Position numbers and translations under genes: made by a program. From NCBI GenBank assembly GCA_965214775.1, contig OZ243974.1, forward strand, positions 2,016,001 to 2,080,000: DNA of 64,000 bases, read 5' to 3'. The notes beneath the pieces are model-generated. The model made no database searches. It was not told the origin of the DNA and saw nothing but the letters and a program-made list of their open reading frames with translations. This document shows positions 20,323 to 32,125 of the stretch, piece after piece; position 1 is the first letter of the stretch; every line of letters begins with the position of its first letter. The DNA comes from Nitrosopumilus sp. GTDB taxonomy: Archaea > Thermoproteota > Nitrososphaeria > Nitrososphaerales > Nitrosopumilaceae.

Positions 20323-22453
20323 CAATAGAGATGGGCAGGGCCACGCCCGGGGAGGTGGAGTGCCTCAAGCACCGCATACACAGGCTTGCGTCTGCCGCGT
20401 ACACGGACAGGGACTGCATCCGGTATACAAAGCGCCTCAAGAGGGAGATCAACGACCTGTTTACGTTCCTGGAGCATGACGTCGTGAAATACCACAACAA
20501 CGACAGCGAGAGGGCGCTGCGCATGATTGCAGTGATACGGAAGATCCTGTTCGGGAATAGGTCCGAGAAGGGCATGAGGATGACTGAGACCCTGTGCACC
20601 GTGTATGTCACGTGCGAGCTGCGCGGCGTCAACTTTTGCACGTTCGTAACGGACTATCTTGACGGCAGGGTCACGGAGATCCCGATGCCGGCAGACCAGT
20701 GCGTCGGCGCGATAGCAGCGGCAACATAACCGGCAAAAGCATGGCAGGCACTCCTGCAGGCGCACCATGAAATCAATTCGGATACGCAGGACTGCTGCTA
20801 CCATGCAAGTAACATGATGATGATGATGATGATGGCAGCAAGCGGTGTGCGATACGAGGATTCGTTCCGATCCGGCGCGCAGCTGCAGTCCTGATTCCCA
20901 AAAGACATGACAGATTGTGCCAAAATCCAGCTTCCAGAGCCCGATCAGACAGATTCGTGCCTGGAATCAGGAACAGCTTCCAGAGCCCGACCTGTTACGA
21001 ATTTGGAGTCATGAAAAAACAGGACGCTATTCAGATAAAGCGTGTAAATGGTGTGGAAACAAAAAAACGTACAGATTAAACCAATCAGGTGGAATTACGC
21101 AACAACCAGATCTGATCCGTTGATGGGGCATAACTTACTACTAGATTGCAGGGATCACTTTTATAGAATTACTTTTATGAAAAACCAATGATTGGCAAGA
21201 CGCTACTGGGACTGTTCTTGGCAATCGGATTATCTGCAATGCCCGCATTTGCAGAAACTGACACTCCTTACAAACAGTTTCAAAGTGGTATCGCGCTAGA
21301 GGAGATACAGTGCCGGGATTCAAAGACGCTGATGGAGACCACGCGCGGAACGCCTGCGTGCGTCAGCGCTGATTCCGTGCAAGAGCTGCGGCAGAAGGGC
21401 TGGACAGCGGTACGGCAGCAAGGCCATCCGGACATGCCAGCCGAGCCACATGCAAAAACGATAACCACCAGAAACACGGACGAACCGCTGATGGCATACT
21501 CTGGACTGGGATTTTCCTGGCCCCAATACAGCGTCACGTTTCCAGAGCAGGTCAGAATAGGCGAGCAGTTTGAGGTGGTGATCGACTATACGTTCATCAT
21601 ACCAGTCCTTGACGACGACGAGCACGGCGTAGAGTTTCTGAGCTACGAGGAGTCCGAGAGATATTGTACCGAGGAATGCCTGGAGCGTATAGAGTGGCTG
21701 GGTTCGAAGTTCTATATAGACAGAAATGTGTATGTTGATCTCATAAACGCCACAGACTACGTGTTCAAAAGACAGGGAAACGACACCAGGCATCTTCCCA
21801 TCAGGGGATTTGAGTACGGCACGATACCTCCCATACTCAACGGCACGCATCCGCAGCAAAAGACGCTCACGTTTGCAATCAACGAGCCCGATACCGAGTA
21901 CCCCTTTGGAGAAATAAGCATAGGCTTTGCTGGCGATATGGGGGGATGGATCTACTTTTACGTCGAACCCGACAACACCGTCCGCCTCAGCGACGAACCG
22001 ATCGTCGTTGAAGACGAGGGAATTCCACGACTGGGACTGAACATACCGGACCGTCCTCCCAGAGCTCCCCTTGAGGATCCGTTGAGTGGAGTGAGCAACC
22101 CGGAGGAGCTAATGCATGATCTGGCAGCGTTCTTCGAGGTGCTATACCCAGAAGTCAGCGCGGAGGACGAGATGCGCCAGGCAAACTTTCCAGAGGAGTT
22201 CATCGACAAGTTCTTTGGGCTGTATCCAGACCTGAGAATACAGTCCCATGCGCCTACACTGCAATTCATACTGCCGTCTGCGCATGCCCAGCCATCCCCC
22301 ACTTCTTTTGTTTACGGAAATGCGTATTACTATGATAGTGACGACAACATAGTCCCCTTGAAAAGTACGGAAGTATGCGCCTACACAAAACCCCACCGAA
22401 CTTTTGAGCCGGTTTACAATGGCCAGACGCATATATGCGACAAGACCAATACG

Positions 22454-23588
22454 TAGTATCTACGTCAGCCATTTGTTCATCTTTACCACCTTTATCTCGC
22501 CCCTGCGCGTCATACTGCGCAGTGATCTCTGCATCTCCTTGACGGTCTTGTAAAGGCAGTTTGAAGTCGCCTTTTTGAACCCGCGCCACTGCCCCTCCGA
22601 GTTGTTAAGCTCCGGCGCGTACGGCGGCAGGTACTTTAGCACCACGTCTCCGTTCCACTTGGCCATCTTTCTATTGAGTTCTGCTGACTTGTGGTACGAT
22701 GCGTTGTCGACAAACAACAACACCTTGCCGTACTTGCGGCGCAGTGTCCTGAGAAACTTGTAGAATGTTCCCGTGTTGGCCTTTTCGTAAAAGCGATAGT
22801 CAAACCTGTTTCTTGAGAGGGCCCCTATGACATAGAACCGCTTCCTAGACAGGCTGACGGGCGTATAGACCGGCTCTCCTACGGGGTACCAGCTGTTCTT
22901 GACGTTCCATCCCAGTATGAACATGGACTCGTCGCCTATCATTACCGTGTACCCCTTTTTTGAATAGTACTTTGCGCTCTGCCTAGCTTTTTTTTTGAAC
23001 TCCTTTTTCTCGGATTCTGAGGCTGATTTTGGGTGTTTTGGCCTGGGCTTTCTGCATGAGAAGCCGATTCTGTGCAGCAGGTCGTACATGCTCGTTTCTG
23101 CATACGTGATGCCGAACTTCTTTTTGACGTGGGCAATGACCAGTGGCCCTGTCCATGTTGTGGCCTTAAAGCCGCAGTTGTCCGGGCCCTTGATCAGGTC
23201 TGCGCGCAGCCGTTCAAGCTGTTTCTTGTCGAGCCTGCACGGGGCGCCATGCTTTATGTCAAACCTGCCCTCCAGGCCATGCTTGTGCGCACGCACCAGC
23301 CAGTATCGTACGGTTCCATACGGCCTGCTCAGCTTCTCGGCAATATCATATATGCTCGCGCCGCACTTTCTCATGTGGTATGCAAGGAGCCGGATTGCCG
23401 CCTTGGCGTCCTTCTCGGACTTGTGCATCCTAAAAAGCTCGTCCTTGCTTGCTATCCCGTACAGGAACGCTGTTCCCGTCGGTAATTCCTTCTTTCCTTT
23501 CATGTGTATATATGGGACTAATAGCTCTTAGATCCTTTGGTTGAAAAAAATTGTCCTTTTTGTGATCAATTGGTAGCCGAGGATACTA
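22454..23588 (-). mobile_element. IS630-family element (intact transposase 22460-23503)
   Basis: GDES, VDNASYH, LPPYAPELN; ends TAGTATC / GATACTA flanked by CG. Confidence 0.93.
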
Positions 23589-25056
23589 CGTCCGGCTACT
23601 TTGCACTCCTTTTTGTTCCACGAGGTATTAACTTGTATCTTGGCGTGCATACTGAAACCGACTACGTTAGAGTTGCCAAATACTTTAGCAGTCCACACAT
23701 TCACTACTCTTCTTCACCTGTTGCTATTACAAGTGGAATAGCAAGCACAGGTGACTTTGCTATACCCTCAAGCGGAGTGAGTTTCATTGTGTTTAAAGTG
23801 TTGAGAGAACTTGGTGCCATAGACCAGTGGTACAAAGACACTTTTAGGTATGATCCTCCCTTTGTGACCGCAAACTGGAGTTCAGAAGGATGCCGTGTGG
23901 GCCCAGGCGCACAAGGTACCACGATGTATCTTGCGCATACACACAAGTTCGACCATAATGGACAACCTGAACCGTGTGAAGGCACAGTCACATCAATCAC
24001 CCACCCTGACACCATAGCTCATGAGTTTGCGCACATTGTCTTTTTTGATCATTATAATTTGCAAAATTCCCGTTATCCGTACTCTGCAATAAACAATCCA
24101 GAAGGATGGCACAGTCCGGTACACCCGGATAACAGTGCAGGATTGGCATGGATCGAGGGATGGGCATTTTTTATGACAAATGCGTATTCTGGCACTCCGA
24201 CATACCAGCCAAGCTACATGGCAGGCCAGTGGAATTTTGAAACACGTACCCACAACGAGGTAAATGATGTTCTCTTCAGAGACAGGCCGTTTGTAACTGG
24301 CATCACGGGCGAGGGAAACGTGGCAGCTGCCCTGTACGATGCGTTTGATTCGACCAATGAGGCAGGAGACGACAGGCAAGGCCAACTCGCCAACATCTGG
24401 AATACGATGACCGACAGCCTGGAATCAGACGAGGACATAATCGCGGCGGACTTTTTTGAGTTCAAGGACGACTGGGATGACTCAGGGCATCCAAGCTTGG
24501 ACTCCATCTACACGCTAAACACGATGAACCCCCATACGGTCTCAGACGACATGCTGTCGGACACATTTGACAACCTTGATGCGTGGACGGAGATGGGGGA
24601 GCCTAACTGGCGCATCGGGATGCCCGACGAGGGAGGGCATCCCCCTGTTCATGCTGCAGCGAACATGGTTGCAAAGGCAGACGACTGCGACTTGGGATGC
24701 ACGATCATCCTGACGGACGGCATAGACCTCACAGGGCACAGCTCTGCTACTCTGTCGATGTATCGCTACGTCGACGATGCGCTTGATTCTGGCGAGTATC
24801 TGAAGGTCGACGCAAGCTCCGACGGGGGCATGACATGGACCAACATCTTCACGTGGAGCGGGAATGCAGACGATGACGACACATGGCATTTGGAGTCATA
24901 TGACTTGGCAGGCTATCTGACTTCCACCGACTTTAAGGTCCGCGTAGTGGCCAAGGCGAGTAGCATCTCCGAAGACGTGATGATCGATGATTTCACAATA
25001 GGACCATCGGATGATGGTGGTGATAACGGCAATGGTGGTGGTGGTGGTGGATCATT

Positions 25057-25790
25057 GGACACAACCCCGCCTGCTATAACCGCGCCTGCAGATGTCACGG
25101 CAGAGGCCACCGGCGCGCTGACTGTGATATCCATAGGGCAGGCCACGGCCACCGACACTGTGGATCCAGATCCGGCAGTGACAAACGACGCCCCGGAGTC
25201 ATTTCCTTTAGGCGATACCACAGTAACGTGGACAGCCACGGATGACTCTGGCAACGCGGCGACGGCCGCCCAGACCGTGACGATACTGGACACGACACTG
25301 CCGAGTATAACCGCACCTCCAGATGTCACAGTCGAAGCCACTGGTACACTGACTGCCGTACCCATAGGACAGGCAACTGCATCCGACATTGCCGATCCCG
25401 CCCCGGCAGTAACAAATGATGCGCCAGAATCGTTCCCCTTGGGGGACACGACAGTCACATGGGTCGCCACGGATGACTCTGGCAACGCGGCGACGGCCGC
25501 CCAGACCGTGACGATACGGGATACTACACCGCCCCGGATCGCCGCACCTGCCGATCACACGGCCGAGGCTGCCGGCATGATGACGGTTCTAAATGCCGGC
25601 GACTATGGGACTCCCACCGTGTCTGACATTGCGGATCCCAGCCCCACAATCACAAACGACGCACCGGAATCGTTCCCTCTAGGCAACACGACAGTGACAT
25701 GGACTGCAGCCGACTCTTCGGGCAACGCGGTGATGGCCGCCCAGACCATAACCGTTCAGGATACAACACCGCCTGCCATCTCCGGCCTGC
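25057..25790 (+). repeat. HYR-like domain repeats (~78 aa units)
   Basis: TNDAPESFPLG.TTVTW.A.D.SGNA repeated three times, followed by a fourth diverged unit. Confidence 0.85.
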
Positions 25791-27879
25791 GCAACATAAG
25801 CGTGGATGATCCGGTGGGCCGCGGAATGGCAGTCAGCTACGATGCGCCGACTGCCGCCGACCTCGTGGACGGGGCCGTGGCAGTATCATGCACGCACGAG
25901 TCCGGATCGACGTTTGCGCCCGGATTCACCGAGGTATCATGCACGGCGACAGACGGCTCTGCAAACTCGCTGCGGGACTGGTTTATCATACATGTGGACG
26001 CCTCAGACGCCATCCTGGACGTCTCGCAGACCGTGAGCACGGGCCGGTCCACGTGGAGTGTCACGGGCCCGGACAGGATATTCGCGGGGCAGACCTTCGA
26101 GTATACCGTAACCCTTGAGGACGGGGCGAGGCCCAGGGAGGAGGCCCTTGCCGTGTACAGTGCTGCGCCGGATACGCGGTACCTCGGATGGCATGATCCC
26201 GATGCAGACTGCCAGACTATATTGTGCGCGGGGTTTCCCGAACAAAAGCATAACACGTACAAGATAGCCAGTGACGAGGACTCGCCGTATACTGCCATGC
26301 ACAACAAGATGAAAAAGTCCAGATCCAGCCACACCATACTGCTGCAGCCGGCAGCCGACGCGCCGGCGGGGGCGCAGGCCACAGTAGGCATGCTGGATGC
26401 CAGCTACAACCCGAGGGGCGGCATACCGGTAACTATGCTGCCGTCGTCCACGAAGACGATACCGGATGGGGACACCACCTGGAGCGTAAAGGGCCCGGAC
26501 AGGATATTTCCCGGACAGACCTTCGAGTATACCATAACCATCGAGGAGGGCCCAAGGCACCAGCATGATGCCCTTGCCATATACAGCAGCTCGCTTACCG
26601 TCGATGACTTTGGTGGATTCGAGGAGGGTTCCGGGTGCAGCACGACCGTATGCACGGACTTTCCGGGACAGCGGCGCCGCACGATGGAGCTTGACAACCA
26701 CGCAGGCTCCGCGTACGACGTGAGGTATCATACGATCAACGCGCCAGGATCCCAGTATACGATACTGCTGAGGACCGCCGACGACGCAGACGCAGGAGGC
26801 ACGTTCAGGGTAGGGGTGGTGGATGGGGATGGGATCCCCATTGGCGGCATGCGGGTTATGATCACAGATCCCGTGACCGTCACGGGCCCCTATGAGGAGC
26901 TCGTGGCGGGCCTGTCCTTTGAGGGCAACCTGGCAGATGCGACGGGGGACAACAACGGCACGGCGGCCACAGGGGATGTCACGTACGTGCCGGGCAGGAT
27001 AGGCAGGGGGCTGCAGCTTGACAACTCCTCTCATGTAGTCCTTGCAGAAGAGGCCGACTTTGACTTTGGGCGGAGCGACCCGTTCAGCATGGCGTTCTGG
27101 CTCAGGCAGGATGTGCCTCAGACTGCCAGATCCATGATCCTCTCCAAGGCAGAGTCGTTTGGCCGTCCTGGCGCATATGTGTTTGTGTGGGACGGGGCGC
27201 CCAACAGGGTCCTGCTCCTGCTGTATGGAAACTCTTCTTTCATAAACGTGCACACACCGCAACACCTGAACATGTCAGACGGTGCCTGGCGCCATATTGC
27301 ATTCACGTACGACGGCTCGGGCGCCAAGGAGGGCCTCAACGTATACGTGGACGGCGAACACCGGGACTATGACCACTTCCGCAGGGGCGCGGGGCTGACA
27401 GGCAACATGACAAACGACCATGCGTTTACCATAGGGGCATCCGGCCTGGGGGAGTACGGCATATCCGATGCGGCACTTGACGAGCTGCGCGTGTACGATA
27501 CCGAGCTGTTGGCCCGGCAGGTGCGGCTGCTGCATGCGGCAGGCCTCGGCTAGCTTGTGCGATCACGGCGGGCCCAGCCTGCGACAGGAGTTCGTACCGG
27601 CCGGTAAGGATTCTCGAGGTGCTTCATGATCAGACGCACCTGCAAACGGACGATGACACTGAAGGGTCTGTGACTGCCGGCATGCACCACAGGCGGCACT
27701 GCCTGCCGGGGCCTTTGCCACCGTGCCTTCCACGCGGTATCTTCCGGAGGGGGCAGGACTCTTGTCGCGTATTGGTAGAACGCAATCCAAAACAATTTTA
27801 AGCCGACGCATCCCTTGATACGGTGAGCATCTTGATGGGATCCAAACGTGTGGGGGTTTCATCGCCTAGGTGTGGTAAA

Positions 27880-27926
27880 CCGTGTCACATTTGGAGCCAT
27901 TTTTCTGGGAACTTCTGGGAAGACTG
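27880..27926 (-). mobile_element. Isolated ISH3-type MITE end
   Basis: ...TTCTGGGAACTTCTGGGAAGACTG; reverse complement matches start of MITE at 44124. Confidence 0.75.
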
Positions 27927-27969
27927 ACTTATCTTCTACAGTTATTAACAGATCACGCATAGGTAATCT

Positions 27970-28656
27970 GTGAAAATTGAAAACCTTAGAATCATAGTAG
28001 ATGAAAGAGAACGTAAAAGCGGAATTCCCGAACTTTTAAAGTCCGTCGGGCTAAACCTTGAGATGAAGACTCTGCCCATTGGGGATTACATTGTTGCGCC
28101 TGAAACGGTAGTCGAAAGAAAAAGCATTCGAGATCTAATGTCCTCTGTCTTTGACGGGCGCCTGCTTGATCAGTGCTCCCGGCTGAAGGAGCACTTTGAG
28201 CACCCTGTCGTGCTGATGGAAGGAAACGTGGATGAAATTGAGGAGATTGCCGAAAACCCGATGATCTTTTATGGCGCAATCTCGACTGTCGCCCTTGATT
28301 TCAGGATTCCCATAATTCCCACGCCGAGTGCGGATCATACTGCAAAATTGCTTGTTTCGATGTGCTTTCGAAAGGATGCCCCCAAAGGACCGTATCTGAA
28401 AAAAATTAAAAAATCATCTGACCTGCAAAGACAGCAGCTGTCCGTTTTGTGCAGCCTTCCTGGAATTGGGGAAAAATTTGCCGTCCGAATGCTGGAAAAG
28501 TTCGGAACCCCGCTGAAAGTCTTTACAGCTGCGACCTCGGAACTGGCCAAGGTGGAGGGATTAGGGAGCGTACGTGCCAAAAAAATCAGGAAGACGCTGG
28601 ACTCTAAAAGCAAACTCCGAAAAGAAATAAATCAAAAAACCCTTCACGATGCCTGA
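27970..28656 (+). CDS. xpf: XPF/ERCC4 structure-specific endonuclease (short crenarchaeal type)
   Basis: IVDERE, GDY, VERK; tandem HhH motifs. Confidence 0.93.
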   Translation: MKIENLRIIVDERERKSGIPELLKSVGLNLEMKTLPIGDYIVAPETVVERKSIRDLMSSVFDGRLLDQCSRLKEHFEHPVVLMEGNVDEIEEIAENPMIFYGAISTVALDFRIPIIPTPSADHTAKLLVSMCFRKDAPKGPYLKKIKKSSDLQRQQLSVLCSLPGIGEKFAVRMLEKFGTPLKVFTAATSELAKVEGLGSVRAKKIRKTLDSKSKLRKEINQKTLHDA

Positions 28657-29138
28657 TCCCTGAGCAGCTTTCTTCTCAGCGGATTTCCACAGACAGGACA
28701 CTCCCTTTCAGAGGAATGACTTGTTCTTTTGCATCCGGGGCAATAATGAACCCATTTTCCGACATCCTTGATTCCTGCAGTCATGACTGGGGAAATCCTT
28801 AGGCCCAGATTTCTTGCGACATTGGAAACGGCAAAATCGTCTGAGATGATTTCCCCGTTTGTTTCGATGCACAGTGCTATGATGGAAATGTCTTGCTTTG
28901 ACAACTGCTGAAAGTCCCCCGTATCCTTTGCCGCTTTTCTCGCAGCAGACGTTGAGTGACTGCCAGGCTCTCTGATCTTCAGCCTGTTTGCCTCAAGTAG
29001 TGTTCCTAACGCATCGTGATTTTTCTTGATGTGCTTGATCTCGTCATATACCAGTGATGTCGTCGTATAGCAGCCGCCAGATGATCTGAACGGAACCCCT
29101 GCATAAAATGCACTTGCATCTAAAATTTTAGAATCCAA
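28644..29138 (-). CDS. Nob1-like PIN endonuclease
   Basis: ILDASA, LSKQDISI, SDDF, CPGC..CPVCG zinc ribbon. Confidence 0.88.
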   Translation of the reverse strand: MDSKILDASAFYAGVPFRSSGGCYTTTSLVYDEIKHIKKNHDALGTLLEANRLKIREPGSHSTSAARKAAKDTGDFQQLSKQDISIIALCIETNGEIISDDFAVSNVARNLGLRISPVMTAGIKDVGKWVHYCPGCKRTSHSSERECPVCGNPLRRKLLRDQAS

Positions 29139-29943
29139 GCTTGCTCATTTGCCGTAGCCCTCTCTTCTTTAACCGGATAAATACTGCGGGCTTTTTGTAT
29201 TTCTTAATGATGATTGGCTCCTCAAAATCAGCCGTCTTGATTACCTGGGCATCCATTACGATGCTGCAGTCATGCGAACAGATCACCTCGATCTTCTCAT
29301 CAGGAACAACGATTGATTCTAACCTGTATACTGGTGCCACCGGCGTGATTATCAACACGTCCAGACTCTCGTGCAGTATTGGCCCCCCCAGTGAAAACGA
29401 ATGTCCGGTCGAACCACTGGGCGTTGCAATGATTACCCCGTCCATTTTTTGTTTTACCGTGTCATTTTGAAACTTGATCTCAATCTCGGCAGTCTTGGTC
29501 AGGTTTGTCCTGCTGATGTAAATTTCATTCAAGGCCGGCGGAAACTCTTTTCCCCCGCACGATGCCACCACTCTTGTCCTTTTGTCCAGGAAAAACCTGT
29601 CTTTCTGAATCTGGTTTATGGCATCATCAATCCCGTCAATCGTTATTTCCGACAGGATTCCCCTGTTTCCCCCGACATTGATTGTCAAAATCGGCGTCTC
29701 ATTTTCCAAGTTTCTAAAGACCCGCAACGTTGTTCCGTCCCCTCCCAGCGTTACCACAAGGTCCAGTCTGACTCTTCTTAATTCCTCAAGTGTCTCCATC
29801 TTTTTTGCCCCTTCAACCTCGATTGGGGAAATGGTGTATACGGTCGATTTTTTAGAAAGGAACTTTTTAGCAACGTGCCTGGCTGCCTGCTCGGAATCCT
29901 TGGAGCCCACCTTGCTGACGACTGCAACTTTTTGTAGTTTCAA
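29128..29943 (-). CDS. nadK: NAD kinase
   Basis: GGDGT, ALNE, DGVIIATPSGSTGHSFSLGGP; TTG start assumed. Confidence 0.94.
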   Translation of the reverse strand: MKLQKVAVVSKVGSKDSEQAARHVAKKFLSKKSTVYTISPIEVEGAKKMETLEELRRVRLDLVVTLGGDGTTLRVFRNLENETPILTINVGGNRGILSEITIDGIDDAINQIQKDRFFLDKRTRVVASCGGKEFPPALNEIYISRTNLTKTAEIEIKFQNDTVKQKMDGVIIATPSGSTGHSFSLGGPILHESLDVLIITPVAPVYRLESIVVPDEKIEVICSHDCSIVMDAQVIKTADFEEPIIIKKYKKPAVFIRLKKRGLRQMSKLGF

Positions 29944-30033
29944 GCAGTTCTTCTGATTCTTGTTTACATAAAAATGATATTTTTGAAAAATCCTGGAAAA
30001 ACAATTAAGTATGCAGGCAGATCTGTAAAAGAC

Positions 30034-30879
30034 ATGAGTTACGCACACCCTGAGGTGCTGACAGATACGGAGTGGGTTTCGCAAAACCCTCCAAACGGAG
30101 ACAGAAAGCTAGTTGAAGTGGACTATGATCCCGTAAACGGATATCAAAAGGGCCACATTAACGGCGCCAGTCTAATCTGGTGGAAGCGCGACATCAACGA
30201 CGCCGTTACAAGAGACATCATTAACAAAAGGCAATTTGAAGAACTGATGTCAAAAAACGGAATTGCCCCTGAAAGCGAGGTAATCCTTTATGGCGACTTT
30301 AACAACTGGTTTGCGGCATTTGCATTCTGGGTGTTCAAGTACTATGGACATGAAAATCTCAAAATTATGAACGGCGGCAGAAAGAAATGGGAACTGGAAA
30401 ATAGGGACTACACGACAGACGAGCCGCAGGTTGCAGCAACCTCTTACAAAGCGCAACCTCCCGACGAAGGATTGCGCGCATATCTGTTTGATGTGAGCAG
30501 GACTCTTGACAGGGAAGACACGGTAATGGTGGATGTTCGCTCGCCTGCAGAGTTTGCCGGACAAATTACCGCCCCGCCGGAATATCCGACGGAGCATGCG
30601 CAACGAGGCGGCCACATCCCTGGAGCAAATAACATTCCGTGGGCAACTGCAGTCAATGACGCTGATGGAACCTTCAAGGCTGTTGAGGAACTAAGACAAA
30701 ACTATGAGCCAAAAGGCGTTACTGCAGACAAGGACGTAATCTGTTATTGTAGGATCGGAGAGCGTTCTTCACACAGCTGGTTTGTCCTGAAATATCTTCT
30801 TGGATATCCCAAAGTCCGTAACTATGACGGTTCGTGGACTGAATGGGGCAACATGATAGGAAATCCCGTGGAAAAGTAA
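30034..30879 (+). CDS. Thiosulfate sulfurtransferase (tandem rhodanese)
   Basis: GHIPGA, YCRIGERS, YDGSWTEW. Confidence 0.94.
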   Translation: MSYAHPEVLTDTEWVSQNPPNGDRKLVEVDYDPVNGYQKGHINGASLIWWKRDINDAVTRDIINKRQFEELMSKNGIAPESEVILYGDFNNWFAAFAFWVFKYYGHENLKIMNGGRKKWELENRDYTTDEPQVAATSYKAQPPDEGLRAYLFDVSRTLDREDTVMVDVRSPAEFAGQITAPPEYPTEHAQRGGHIPGANNIPWATAVNDADGTFKAVEELRQNYEPKGVTADKDVICYCRIGERSSHSWFVLKYLLGYPKVRNYDGSWTEWGNMIGNPVEK

Positions 30880-30880
30880 G

Positions 30881-31192
30881 TTGCTGCCAGACATTCCCGT
30901 CCTTGAGAAGGGTTCCTTCTATTTTGTCAAGGATGGTGGAACTGATTTCATTATGGAGGACAAGACCAAGCGGGGTCTTGCCGTCAAAGAGACGTCGATT
31001 GACGAGAAGCTTGGCGTAAGGGCTGACAAAGGAATGATCCATGACATGGACGGGATTGGGCACTGGGTTCCAATCAGATGGTACTTTTCAAAGGACTCTT
31101 TTGGTCTAAAACAGGTGTTGATTCATGCAGAGGCAATGGAAAAAAAATACGCAGAACTCAGGGAACTTACGTGTCCTGATGATGGCGACTGA
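30881..31192 (+). CDS. Hypothetical protein
   Basis: ORF immediately downstream of the rhodanese, host-like composition. Confidence 0.7.
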   Translation: MLPDIPVLEKGSFYFVKDGGTDFIMEDKTKRGLAVKETSIDEKLGVRADKGMIHDMDGIGHWVPIRWYFSKDSFGLKQVLIHAEAMEKKYAELRELTCPDDGD

Positions 31193-31517
31193 AGCGATTT
31201 GAAGTTGGCATGTTCTGATGATCAAACGGGCACATGACTATGGCAAACCGATCCGAACGCCGGCAAGTGTACATGATTCATGAAACTGTTTGACAGATCA
31301 TCAAAAAACTCTGGACATTCAAGAAGATGTTTGCCGTAGTGCATACTGTTGAAGATCGGTTGTTTTTTAGCGAAACAGGCACAATGTGTAAAAATCATGA
31401 TCCACTTTTTTTTGATGTGTATAATACATAACACTCTGATTTGTCCTGTTAGGAGTTTCTGCACAGGCCACTTAGAATCATTGGTTTTTCCTTGCATTTC
31501 TGATTTGTCTGAATATA

Positions 31518-31628
31518 GTAACATCTCGGGCTCTGGAAGCTCAGGCACGAATTTTGCCATCAAAAGGGGCTGTTCAAACAGAATTTGTGCCTGAAATCAG
31601 GAACGGCTTCCAGAGCCCGATCAGTTAC
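31518..31628. mobile_element. Degenerate IS66 family-2 MITE
   Basis: GTAAC..TCGGGCTCTGGAAGC / GCTTCCAGAGCCCGA..GTTAC; same length as 19885 copy; no TSD. Confidence 0.85.
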
Positions 31629-31687
31629 AATCTAAAAGACAAATGCAGGCAAAGGGAACCTGGCCGAAACTCAGAATAACCAAAAAA

Positions 31688-32125
31688 TCAACCCTTAAAC
31701 TCGGAAATCTCAATATCCATTCCCTCATCAAGGATATTGGATACGATCTTTTTAGTCGCCCTTATCTCATAGACCAGGTGGTCTTGGTTTTCCCTGATAA
31801 GACCCAGTCCCTCAGGCTTGCTTGCATTATCCATCTTTTCAGGAAGCACGTCCAGAACAATTTTTAACAGGTTGTCAAGATCCTTCTTTGTCCTTCCCTC
31901 AAGCGGCGTAACATCACCAGGTCCACCACCCCACAGGAAGAATCTCACATTAATGGACAGATTCCTATCAAGGCAAAACCCCCTGATCTCCTCCAGGTTT
32001 TCAGTCTGGCTTTTAATTTCTTCTTTCAACTTTAACTTTCTCTCAGCTATTTTATCGGAGATAGTAAACGGCTCAAAATGTCTCACTTTAATAAGGTATG
32101 ATTTTTTCCTCCTAAACAACATCAA
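31688..32125 (-). CDS. RusA-like endodeoxyribonuclease
   Basis: KKDLDNLLKIVLD motif and downstream acidic residue. Confidence 0.65.
   Translation of the reverse strand: MMLFRRKKSYLIKVRHFEPFTISDKIAERKLKLKEEIKSQTENLEEIRGFCLDRNLSINVRFFLWGGGPGDVTPLEGRTKKDLDNLLKIVLDVLPEKMDNASKPEGLGLIRENQDHLVYEIRATKKIVSNILDEGMDIEISEFKG

Larger units (their letters stand above)
17084..20998 (+). mobile_element. IS66-family (single-ORF type) element, family 2, disrupted by four nested insertions
   Basis: TIR GTAACAGGTCGGGCTCTGGAAGC; remnants AGDETGW, SDSYSVW, QKCLLH, HNNDSERALR. Confidence 0.88.
21188..27553 (+). pseudogene. Large secreted HExxH metallopeptidase-like / HYR-repeat / LamG surface protein (~1,740 aa) split by IS630
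   Basis: Signal peptide; joining 22453 to 23591 is in frame; AHEFAH...WIEGWA; DTTPPAITAP HYR repeats; C-terminal LamG (WRHIAFTYDG, LDELRVYD). Confidence 0.85.

Noticed and set aside
23537-23588. Start of the 1338-aa ORF (MVEKNCPFCDQ, apparent CxxC)
   Set aside because: Read-out from the IS630 end; also seen at 9386 and ~16840.
25057-26560. Repeats as a diversity-generating retroelement TR/VR pair
   Set aside because: No reverse transcriptase; differences are largely synonymous rather than adenine-specific.
26003-27265. 420-aa antisense ORF, and many other shadow ORFs over transposases
   Set aside because: Opposite strand of GC-rich real genes; no motifs.
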